Shown: positions 53,781 to 64,000 of the stretch, in pieces
Layout: each line of letters starts with the position of its first letter
How positions within the stretch are numbered: the stretch's first letter is position 1
Origin: Camelus ferus
Taxonomy: Eukaryota
Direction of reading: 5' to 3'
Assembly: GCF_009834535.1 (NCBI RefSeq)
Contig: NC_045697.1
Span: 34,164,001-34,228,000, forward strand
DNA length: 64,000 nucleotides
Translations under genes and position numbers: made by a program
The notes under the pieces: model-generated
The model's input: the letters and a program-made list of their open reading frames with translations, nothing else
Database searches by the model: none
Told to the model about the DNA's origin: nothing

Positions 53781-55629
53781 AGAGAAAAAGTTATCATGGA
53801 AGAAAGTTTAGAACATAGTGGTAGCATCTTTAAGTAGCACCTGATACAGGCAGACGGTAGGGCAGGGACAGGGGCTATGCAATGGGAAAAGGGGCAGGCT
53901 TGGTCCACATAAAGAGAGAATGCCAGAATTAAATCATCAAGAATAAGAAGATGCCAGGCAGGCAACTAAATGGAAAGAATGGCTGATATTCCAGGTTAAG
54001 GGAGCAACACAGGCAATGGCATAGAAGCCTGAGACCATGGTGCATTTGTGGAGTTATAAGTGGTTAAATATGTTTGGAGTAGGTGAGCAGTAAGGTAGAT
54101 CATAAAGAGGTGAGATCATGAAGAGACGTTAGCAGATGCCCCTGTCACCAGAAACATGCTCGTAAGCCATCTCTTAGGATGAGTCATTTTCTGGTATTAT
54201 TTTTCCAGCTGCTGATTATTATAAAATTTCCTCTTGTGGATGTCAGACTAAGGGGCTGCCATTTTTGACCTGCACCTCAGGACCTCAGTCCAGCTTGTAC
54301 CACCCATCACTGGAAACTGACTCCCCTAAGAAGATCATACTTGCTTCTAGCACAATTATAGACAGGAAGGAATAGGGAGGAACTCAGTCTATCACTGTGT
54401 GATTTGGAACATAGATCTCTGCACAGAATCTGACTCAGAGCATGTAAAGTTAGTAGAATCAGCCCAGGTGGGTACAGTAATTTTTTGTGGAATTACTTTT
54501 ATCTGCTGAACTAGCTCCTTACCGTTTCCCCAATGTGTGGTCTATTCTCTTTAAAATCAGCAAAAATTGAGATGCTCAAGCCCACTCTTGATGGGATTTT
54601 GATGGCTTCGCTAATCTTACTCTGACCTTCCCTATTTGTGCCCACTTTGTATTCTGAATATCAGATATCTATCATAGTAGATGTAGTAATATTTTTTATT
54701 ACACTTATATATTTCTGTTATCAGTCACCTCCTCTTAGACCACAGGAGCCAAGACTGTGTAAGTTTGCTTTTCTGTCCTCAGCATCTGGGTCAGAGTGCT
54801 GGGCACACGGTGGATGTTATGTAGGCTCTTGAATGGTTAAGAGCTCCGTGGACAGTGTCTCACATAGAATCCCACGCCCTAAGTGCCAAATACACACCCA
54901 TCAAGTGCAGGATGTGTTGAGAGTTTGGAGCAGGTGCAATCAAGATAACAGCTGGGCTTTGATGTAATGATGGTAACCTAGAGTGATGTAACTGGTGAAA
55001 CATAAGGATCCCAGGGTGAAAAACCTTGATGCACTAAGGAACTTTGGAACTGATGCTTCTGTATGTTATATCTGTTCCTATAAAGTGCTAGGGATAACAC
55101 ATGCTCTATTAATGAGGATTGTGTGATGCTTGCTTGGGAATGGTACATGGGAATGTGAATGTTGGGATTTAATTTCCTCATCTGTAAATCCAGGAAGTAG
55201 AATTAAACTCAAGGACACTGCTAGTTCTATGACCCTGTGGTTGCCTCTCTGTACATAAACCCATATATTTGAAGGAATGTAAACACACACGTCTTAGAAG
55301 AGAGTGCTTTACAAGTTAGAGGAGTGAAATGACAAACCTATTTTTCTCCTCCTTTGTGGTATGAAACCTTCTTTGAAGAGCTTTTATTTTCTTTTTCTTC
55401 TAATTCCAGGTAGCAAGGATGGCAAATACAGTGACAATTTTTCTATATGTACAAAGAAGAAACAACTTATAGACTGAAGTATATTGCTTGAAAAACTAAT
55501 TTTAATGCTGAAATTAATAATGCATTTTCACAAAATATGTGAAATACTTTTTGCTCATTTAAAATTTTTTTCCAATCAGTTTGTATTTTTTGCCACTGTA
55601 GTAATTTAATCAAACAATTGCTTTGACAA

Positions 55630-56710
55630 TTTTAAAACTGTTTATTACAGAAGATTTGAAACATGTGGAAGCAGGGAGAAAAGTATAATGAACACCCCTA
55701 GGCCCTCACCCAGTTTTAACTATTTCATAATTTTGCCAACTTTGTTTCAGTTATCTTCCCACTTCCTTCCACATCCCTACATAACATCATTTTACAGTAA
55801 GTACTTCACTATGAGTATAGGAGTAGCAGAAAAGGACATTAAAAAAAAACATAGTCACAACATCATTATCACATCTAACTAAATTAAGAAGTTTCTTGAT
55901 AGCACTAATACCTAGTCTTTGTTCAAATTTCTCAAAAAATTTTTTTTCTTCAGTATATTCTAACCAGAATCAAAACAAAGTTCTGCGTGTTGCATTTGGT
56001 TGATCGGTCCCTAAATTTCCCCTCCTAAGAAATTGGATCATGTAACTTGTAGAATTCACCACATTCTAGATCTAGCTGAGCATCTTTCCTGTGTCAAGTC
56101 CCCCACCCTGTCCTTTTGCACCCCCCCATGCTACTCATTTGTTGAATAAACCAGGTCATTTTGCCTACAAAGGTTACCACTGCAGATTTGGTAGATTTGG
56201 CCGACTGCATCCTTGTAGTGGTGGCTAACATGTTTTTCTGGCCTTACTTCCTGAAAACTGCCCAGAGGCACTTTCAGAATCTTATGAAACAAATGGTTTC
56301 TGTCCTAGAAAATGACAAGTGTATATGCATCTGCATACATAGACACACACAGGGAAATACTGCATACAATTTCAAAGGCTTCACAGGTCCCCTGGTGCTA
56401 CAGACCCTAGTCTGATTTGCCCTTATAAAGGCTTGATTAGGTTCCCAAGGAGATGGTCATTTTCTATCCCTTACCATGTGGAGGCCCAGGATGTCCCCTT
56501 GTCCATTGGTAGTTCTGTTAAGATTGGTGTCGTCAGCCTCATGCTTTCATCGTAAGTTCCCCACCAGCCTTCCACCAAACGGTTTTAGCAGCCGCTGATC
56601 ATCATTGATGGTCGTTGATTTCAGCTGGATTGAAAAGGGTAATTTTCTAATTCCATCAAGAACTTTTCCCTCATCAGCTATTAAGTTACCCCAAAATACA
56701 GTTTCTGCTA
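55630..56710 (-). mobile_element. Old L1M (L1MD/ME-like) 3' fragments
   Basis: gtataatgaacaccc...gttgcatttggttg...aattttctaattccatca motifs. Confidence 0.55.
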
Positions 56711-56969
56711 AAAAAGCAGTTTATTTCGAGTATTTTTTAGATCTGTAGGACTAGAAGTTGAGAAACAATGAATAATAGAAAACAGAGTTAGAAATCCTTT
56801 GCATCTTTTTCCCTGAAATAACAAAAACAATGCGTCAGAGATTTGAAACTTTTCCTGTGAACTGCCTAACCTCATACTCCAATCAGGAAAACTCAAAAAT
56901 CGTGATTTTTATTTTTACATTCCCATTTTTGCTGTTTAAAAATAAATCTGTATGCTGTCTTTCTTACAG

Positions 56970-57076
56970 AGAACATTCTAACAAAGAACGTGTGGGTCTC
57001 AGTAAAGAGAATTTATTACTTAGAGGATGCACCATCAGAAACACGGAAGCTGTCATGGGCATCGTGGTTTATGCAG
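56970..57076 (+). CDS. ATP10D: ATP10D exon 6
   Basis: ttacag|[40 protein letters not shown]; donor CAG|gttggt; 107 nt. Confidence 0.95.
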
Positions 57077-57348
57077 GTTGGTTACTGACTTTTCACCACT
57101 GTCTCCTCTGGGCTTTTCTGCAAGTTAACTTTTCCTGTTTACTCAAAATACAACTTCCAGAAGCAGAAAAGGAAACCCTAGTCTTTGGTTTCTGTTTTTC
57201 TAAATGGATCACGAAAGCAAACTAAATTAACAAAATATGTTATGTGACTGCTTTTTATCAGATTGTCTACTGGAGAGTTTTTAAAAGACGATGTTTGCTA
57301 CCTGGCTTTAACTTGCACATTTTCTGGCATGCTGTGTTACCCATATAG

Positions 57349-57480
57349 GCCATGAAACCAAAGCAATGCTGAACAACAGTGGGCCAAGGTATAAGCGGAG
57401 CAAATTAGAGAGAAGAGCAAATACAGACGTCCTCTGGTGTATCCTGCTTTTGGTTATAATGTGTTTAACTGGTGCATTGG
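57349..57480 (+). CDS. ATP10D: ATP10D exon 7, TM3
   Basis: atatag|[50 protein letters not shown]; donor TGG|gtaggt; 132 nt. Confidence 0.95.
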
Positions 57481-57892
57481 GTAGGTAGAATTTGATTATT
57501 TCCTGACATCTTTTCAGCAAGATATTAATTTAAGTGTGTTTTATTTTCAAAATGATATTTATGAGTTTAAGTTTGACTTCTGTGAAGGTTTTATTTGCCA
57601 ATAATGCTTTCTTCACATCTTCATCTCTCTCATTCTCCAACCTGAAAAGCATTAATATTGATTATATCCAGTTACATGTAGTCACAGTACTAAAGGGACC
57701 TAGGAAGAGGTGTAAAGAGAGAGACTGAGACAGAAGAATGTGCAGCCTTTTTAATTTGAATTTGTTTCTCAAAACAAACACTTGGTGTTCAGCCAAAGTA
57801 AATACTCTTATCCCGCTTTCTTTAGAAATAAAGTTCTGTATTTGCATAGTGTATATGTAGCATCCTTTTGATGTCTGTGTGTTTTTTGAAAG

Positions 57893-58020
57893 GTCACGGA
57901 ATCTGGCTGAGCCGATATGAACACATACCCTTTTTCAATATCCCTGATCCTGATGGACATGTCATATCGCCATTGTTGGCAGGATTCTATATGTTTTGGA
58001 CCATGATCATTTTGTTACAG
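57893..58020 (+). CDS. ATP10D: ATP10D exon 8, exoplasmic loop and start of TM4
   Basis: tgaaag|GT CAC; HGIWLSRYEHIPFFNIPDPDGHVISPLLAGFYMFWTMIILLQ; donor CAG|gtaatt; 128 nt. Confidence 0.95.
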
Positions 58021-58135
58021 GTAATTTCTCTTGGGCTTATGACAGAATTTTAATATCTTTGCGACTTATCCAGCTACATTTGGTTTATCATCCTTTCTTT
58101 TCCCCTTTAACAGTTTTTAAATTGGTTCTTCTTAG

Positions 58136-58388
58136 GTCTTGATTCCCATTTCTCTCTACGTTTCCATTGAAATTGTGAAGCTTGGACAAATATACTTTAT
58201 TCAGAACGATGTGGATTTCTACAACGAGAAAATGGATTCTACTATTCAGTGCCGAGCCCTGAACATCACTGAGGATCTTGGACAAATTCAATACCTCTTT
58301 TCTGATAAGACAGGAACCCTCACTGAGAATAAGATGGTTTTTCGAAGCTGTAGTGTGGCAGGTTTTGATTACTGCCATGAAGAAAATG
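58136..58388 (+). CDS. ATP10D: ATP10D exon 9, TM4 PISL motif and P-domain DKTGT phosphorylation site
   Basis: cttag|[26 protein letters not shown]...[44 protein letters not shown] at 58304-58318; donor ATG|gtaagt; 253 nt. Confidence 0.97.
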
Positions 58389-58534
58389 GTAAGTGTTGGG
58401 TTTCTGAGAAACCTTAAGATTGGTCATTGTTGCACCTACTTAAAGATTTGGTAATTCTGGCATAGAAGTGCTATGTTTAATAATTGGGTACTTAACTCCT
58501 CCAAATGGGCAATAAGCTTCATTGTTGTCCCTTT

Positions 58535-58655
58535 AAAATATTGCATATAGTTCCCTGTGTTATACAGTATGAATTTGTTGTTTTTCTGTTTATTATATAT
58601 AGTAGTTAGTATCTGCAAATTTCAAACTCCAATTTATCCCTTCCTACCCCCTTCT
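58535..58655 (-). mobile_element. L1 3'-UTR fragment
   Basis: atatagttccctgtgttatacagta...gtatctgcaaatttcaaactccaatttatcccttcc matches the 6885 copy. Confidence 0.75.
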
Positions 58656-60133
58656 TCAGTAAAAAAAAAAAATATATATACACAAAAAAAGTTAGTAGGT
58701 AAAAAGAGTAGGTCAAAGAGTCTACTGCCATGGTTTCTTTTCTTTTTCTTTCTTTTTTCCTCCCCTGATTTCTCTAAAAGGAAAGTAAATTGCCGTTCCT
58801 TTTGTAGGTTGGGGGTTGGATATGGTGACAATGATATTACATTGCTGATACTTTTCAGAATCAAATGAAATTGTATGGACCATATCCCTGAAAAATATTT
58901 TGAAAATAATGCCAAAGGGATGACAGTCTCTCTGTTACCCTATCATTCAGCCCATGGTTATCCATTGGTTTTTGACTAAGAATGTCTAATTTAAGACGAA
59001 ATAAGATGAGCTGACCTTCTGAGGCTAAGGAAGTAAATATATAAATTGAAAGTTTTCTTTAAAAAAAGAATTTCATTAATTTTATTGTTTATAAAAGTAA
59101 GTGTACTCCTATGGAATTAATTCTGAAAAGGGTCCAAGACAAATTAACTTAGAGGTTAACCACCATTAATAATTTGAGGAGACAGAACCATCCGTTTCTT
59201 TATGCATATTCCTCCTGTAGAGGTGAACATAATATTTGCACATTTCTCTTTGATAAGTTATAACATGTTATAGTATTGCTTTGCAATTTGCTTTTTTATT
59301 CAACGATGTCTCATGGGCTTTTTTCCAGGTCAGTCCATGACTTAACATTAGATGCATGGTATTGCATTGTATGTGGTCAAGTTTAGTTTGCTATTGTAAC
59401 AGTACTTAGAATGAACGTCACTTATTCATTCAGCAACTATTTTGTGAACTCCTAATGTGTAGCATGAGTCCTTGATCTTATGTAGCTTTGAGTTTAAGAC
59501 AAGAAGATAGACAGGGTTAAAAATTGTGATATACAAAATAAAATTCATCATGCAATATGCATTTTTGTATGTACATATTTGTGCAGTTAGTTTTATAATG
59601 TACTTGTCTAGAATTGGTATTGCTAGACCCAGAGGTCTAGATCCAAATTTGCTAGATCCAAATTTCCTACAGAATTTATCTCTAAAATACTGTGCTAATT
59701 TACATTCTCACAACCCAGAAAAATAATACCTATTTTTCCCACCCAGCCATAATGGGATGAAGTTACCCTTTTTAATTTGTGTGAGTTTTGTAGACACAGT
59801 TAGCACTTCATTGTCTTAATTTTTCTCTTATTAGTAATGAGATGTGTAACTTTTTAGGTTTATTGGCCATTTGAATTTCCTTGGTAAAGTGGTCACATCT
59901 TCCTATTTTACAAATGAGGTTTTCTTATTCTTAGGAATCTGTAGGATGGTTTTATCTATTAAGGCCGGGCTGATGTTCTGTTTGTGTGCCCCGGTCTAGG
60001 TTGTCTGTGGCCAGTGTCTGTTTTCCTCGGTGCACTTGTATTGAACTGGCTGATAAATAATTTCAGTATTAACCTTGATATTATTCTTTTCCTTTATATG
60101 TAGCAAATATATTCCTGGTTTATCATTTATCAC

Positions 60134-60768
60134 TGTATTAGTTTTCTACTGGTGCATAACAAATTACCACAAATTTAGTGGCTTCAGACAACACAAATAT
60201 ACCATCCCACAGCTCCTGTGACTCAGGATTCAGGGTGCAGGTGGCCCTGTCCTCTCAGAGCCGCTCACCAGGCTGAAATCTAAGGTGCTGGTCGGGGCTG
60301 TGATCTTATCTGAGGCTCAGGGTCCTCTTCTTAGTTCCCTGGTTTTGGGGTTGTCGGAGTCTTGAGGCCGTAGGACAGAAGTCCGTGCTTTCTTGCTGGC
60401 TGTCAACCTGGGGCTGTTCTGAGCTCATAGCAGTGGCCCACTGTTCCTTGCCGTGTGGTCTCACCACAGCATGGTGGTTCACTTCTTCAAGGCCAGTGGT
60501 GGAATCTCTAGCATTGCCTCTCTTACTTTATGGAAGTCTTGACACCTCTTTTTACCTGACGAGGTCACATCTACTTAGGTGGGTCTTCTTTTACATTAAC
60601 TCAGATTCAGCTGGGTAGGGACTTGATTACACCTGCCAGATCCTTCCTCCTTTCCCGTGTGACATCATGTAACCGTCACAGAAGTGAGATGCTGTCATAC
60701 TCACAAGGTATGTACACCAGGCATGGGCCGGGAATCTTGGGGACCACCTTAGATTTCTGTCTACCACA
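60134..60768 (-). mobile_element. Near full-length MLT1 (MaLR) solo LTR
   Basis: Termini tgtattagttttct...ttctgtctaccaca, with internal aacaaattaccacaaatttagtggcttc. Confidence 0.85.
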
Positions 60769-62179
60769 GCCTCTTAACTTTGCTTAGGGTGTCTCTTATG
60801 AGGAGTTTTGCATTTTTATTAAGTCAGTCTTGTCAATTATGACTATTATTAAGGTTATGAATATTATGATTTCTGCCAGTAGTGTTAAACTTAGACATCC
60901 ACCCTGCCCCAAATTAAATATTTATTATACTATATTTTCTCTTAGGTACATATATTTTTAAGCCAGCTTTTGTTGTTACTTATGAGTATGAGGGATAAAA
61001 TGTTGAAGATTTATCATATAATCACTATACAAATGTGAAAAATCATAAGTCATATTGGATATGATATTCTGCATTGATTCATCTTCTTTATTGCATTTTT
61101 ATTACAAATGTATTATTATAGAAAATTTTAGATAAGCCAAAAGAGGAAAATTTAAGTGCTATTAATAACCCCACCAGAGTGGGCCACTGTTAACACTTTA
61201 GTGCCTTTTTTAAGTCTCTTTTTCTGTACACATTAATATATATATGCCTTTTAAACAAAAATCAGCATGCTTTTACTTTCATGATCATTTTTCTTAAGAC
61301 TTTATCATAATCGCATTCCCCTTCTCTCCTTATTTTTCTAGTAGTTTTGCTGTATTACATTGTAATAATTGCCAAAATGTATGTAACTAATCCACCATTA
61401 GCTTAGGTTGTCGGCAGTCATTGGTGGTGGTAAACACTGCTGCAGTGAACATCACTGTAGCTAAACGTCCACGTCCGTTTGTGAGATTAAGGTTTTCCAA
61501 AAGTATCTGACTATGGATACCTATATTTGAGAAGTGTCTTCTAGTAGTAATGATGCACAGAATATATGGTGGGAAGCACTGAATTGTGTTTTTTGTATTT
61601 CTGGGATTTTATATACTGCATCTGTAGCATGGGAGAGGGCTGCTATTAGCCCTCTTAGAAAGTCCCTGAATATACACGCTTCTTCCCAGGAAGGACTTCT
61701 CTTCTGTGGTCCCTCCTGCAGAGAAGATACCGAGACTGAGAATCAAATGCCACCCACACTGAAGTATCATTGATGAGATACCTGTGTGTGAAACAGGGAG
61801 TGTTACCCCCCACTCCAGGAGGTGCTTGCTTTGCCTGTGAACACCTCTGTACCATGCATGCATCCAGAGCTCCTGACCTCTTGTCTATAGTGGTTGAAAA
61901 ACAAGCATATGTACACAAACACACGAGCATTGTGCGCGCGCGCACACACACACTCTGAATGCTGAAGGCGGTCATGATAGGAGCCAGTTCTCCACAGAAC
62001 TTAACCCTGAGACATTGTTTCTACTACAGTGGAAATTAGTTCAGCCCTTAGGATATTCTGGCAAAAGAACTGCCTAGGAGATGTTTCCATTAAAAAAAAA
62101 TGCTGCTGGGAAATAACCCCTTACCTGTTTGCAGTTGAACTAAACACATCAGATGACATCATTTCTTGTTTTAAAACCT

Positions 62180-62335
62180 CACAACGTAGAAATTTGGTCC
62201 ATGGACTAAGCGTCATCAACACCCAGGCATGTATTAGAAATGCAGAATCTCAGGCCCCTCGTTAAAATTCCAATTAAAATCTTCATTTAACAATATCCCC
62301 AGGTGACTTACAGGCATATTAAAAATTTCATAAAA
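62180..62335. mobile_element. MER5A-like remnant
   Basis: ttagaaatgcagaatctcaggcccc...tttaacaatatccccaggtga. Confidence 0.7.
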
Positions 62336-62374
62336 CTCCTTTAAAAGATTACTGAAAGATAATGGCTTTTTAAT

Positions 62375-62760
62375 AATATACTTTTTAGTTTAGAATAGTT
62401 TTAGATTTACAGAAAAGTTACAAAGTTCTTTTTGAGAGTTCCAGAACACTCCCTTGCCCAGTTTCCCATCATTAACATCTTACATTAGTCTTAAGATACA
62501 TTTGTCATAAGTAATAAACCAATGCTGATACATCATTAGTAACTGAAATCCATACTTTATTCAGATTTCCTTGGTTTTTACCTGATAGATTTCTTCTGTC
62601 CCAGGATCCCATCCAGGAAACCACATAAAACTTAGTCATCATTTAGGTGCCTCTCGATTTGACAGTTTCTCAGACTTTCCCTTTTTTTGGATGACCTTAA
62701 GAGTTCTAAGGAGCACTATTCAGGGATTTTATAGAATGTCCCTTAATTTGGATTTGCCTG
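62375..62760 (-). mobile_element. Old L1M 3'-end fragment
   Basis: tagaatagttttagatttacagaaaagtt...tcccaggatcccatccagga...tagaatgtcccttaatttgg. Confidence 0.7.
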
Positions 62761-62809
62761 CAGAGTGTCTTTGTGATGCACAGTTGGTGAATCTGATGTA
62801 CATGGTGGA

Positions 62810-63045
62810 AGCATTTAGTAGTTTCCAAGAACAAGGATATTAGAACCAGGCCTTCTGAATCTGATTCTCATATTCACTGCCTACAAGCTGTGTGACCCTG
62901 GGCAGGTTACATAATTTCTCTGGGCCACGATGTAAGGATCAGTAATGGTGTCTACTTACTGGGTGGTTCAGAGGATGAGAGATGTTATGTAGAGGTACTT
63001 AGAGCATGGCATATAATAAACTCTTTTATAAGTATTAGCTGCTAT
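62810..63045. mobile_element. MIR SINE
   Basis: agctgtgtgaccctgggcaggttacataatttctctgggcc core. Confidence 0.7.
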
Positions 63046-64000
63046 TATTATTGTTGCCATAATTGTTGTCAAAATAAGAAATAGGCTTGTCTTTTGAGGA
63101 ACTCATGGTCCAATGTGGGAGATAGACATGAAAACATAAAAATACCTTTTTAAGTGTCATATGATTAAAGTCAGTGTTCTCTGCATGTTGTTTTGATTTT
63201 CAGGCAGTCAGTTTTAGAGGTGGACTTGCACTGATCAAGGTTTAGGGCTTGAAGGATATTGGACAAGAAATTCTTGGAGTGCTAGAAATGTACGAGGAAT
63301 TAGTCTAGAGTAAGAGGTTTTGTATCAGGGATATGTGGTTGATACAGTTGAAAGAGGCTCAGCTTGAGTGTGCTGTTTACAAGCAGGCAAAAGTTGAAAT
63401 GCTGGAAATGTTCGGGGGATTAGTCCATAGCAAAATGTTTGATGGAAGATATGCAGATGGAACAGTTGAAAGAAGTTTATCTGAGTGTCCTGTGCTGTTC
63501 ACCTTTGCTTTTGGCCTTTGGGAGAGCACATTTCCTGGGTGATAAATGTTTTGTTCCATCATCTCATGCTCATTCTTCTAGATATCAAATACATGTAAAT
63601 AATAGGCCATAAACAGCTTACTGGATATTTGAAGAGGAGAATGGAAGAGAAGGCAGATGAGGGATTAAGTAAGAAAGAGAAATAAGGTGGCTAATCTAGT
63701 ACCTAATGTAGTACCCACCTAAGACAGAGGAAAGATCACAGACTTCGGATGTTCCCTCTTAGGAGCTGGAAGGCAGGAATCCCTGTGCTATGCTGAGGCA
63801 CTCCTGGAAGTAAATGGAATCTACTTTAAGGGACTCACTAAGTATCTTCACGATCATTTGGATAGATTTTGTTTATCAGTACAATAATAAACCTTTCCTT
63901 CTCGTACCCAGTTTTTAAACTCTCTTTTTTCCCCACTGAAGTAAAGCTCTGGTAGCTTTGTTTTCTGAGTCACATTATAACTTTACTGGTCTGTTTACTT

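Larger units (their letters stand above)
12340..64000 (+). other. ATP10D: ATP10D gene, 5' portion (exon 1 to intron 9; 3' end outside window; TSS approximate)
   Basis: Eight coding exons join in frame into MTELLQWARYHWQRL...[13 protein letters not shown]...CHEEN. This closely matches the recalled human ATP10D N-terminal half (MTEALQWARYHW..., [15 protein letters not shown] Asp at codon 438). Confidence 0.95.

Noticed and set aside
57077..57486. Alternative +4 GT donors after exons 6 and 7
   Set aside because: GT at +5/+6 is part of the normal donor consensus, so it is not informative.
172..63562. The many 60-146 aa ORFs in the track that do not overlap ATP10D exons
   Set aside because: Short, often starting at TTG/GTG, with no recognisable domains. 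Most fall in repeats or low-complexity sequence, as expected by chance.
1..64000. A novel multi-gene system, CRISPR array or prokaryote-style operon
   Set aside because: This is mammalian intron/intergenic DNA with one known gene. There are no spaced repeat arrays and no long unexplained ORFs.
58389..64000. ATP10D exon 10
   Set aside because: I found no sequence encoding the expected continuation (ARRLESYQEA-like). It presumably lies beyond the window.

Overview
Mammalian genomic DNA (AT-rich and dominated by repeats), most likely from a camelid, judging by a tRNA-derived SINE and L1 3' ends that I recognise from memory. The window holds the 5' part of ATP10D, a P4-ATPase lipid flippase, on the + strand. 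There is a GC-rich, TATA-less promoter at about 12.2-12.35 kb and a probable non-coding exon 1 ending at 12587. After a ~24 kb first intron come eight coding exons between 36621 and 58388. These splice GT-AG in phase into 465 uninterrupted codons, including the DGES actuator motif, TM4 LQVLIPISL and the DKTGT phosphorylation site. The gene continues beyond the window. The rest is L1, L2, MIR, MLT/ERV LTR, MER DNA-transposon and microsatellite sequence. I found no evidence of a new multi-gene system. The most notable observation is a predicted chain of three uORFs in the spliced 5' leader: uORF2's stop overlaps uORF3's start (TGATG), and uORF3's stop overlaps the ATP10D start (ATGA). Also notable are a young L1 insertion with a post-insertion tandem duplication and possible 3' transduction, and small hairpin-plus-duplication scars. 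Repeat family names come from recall, not from a database search, and the boundaries of old repeats are approximate.
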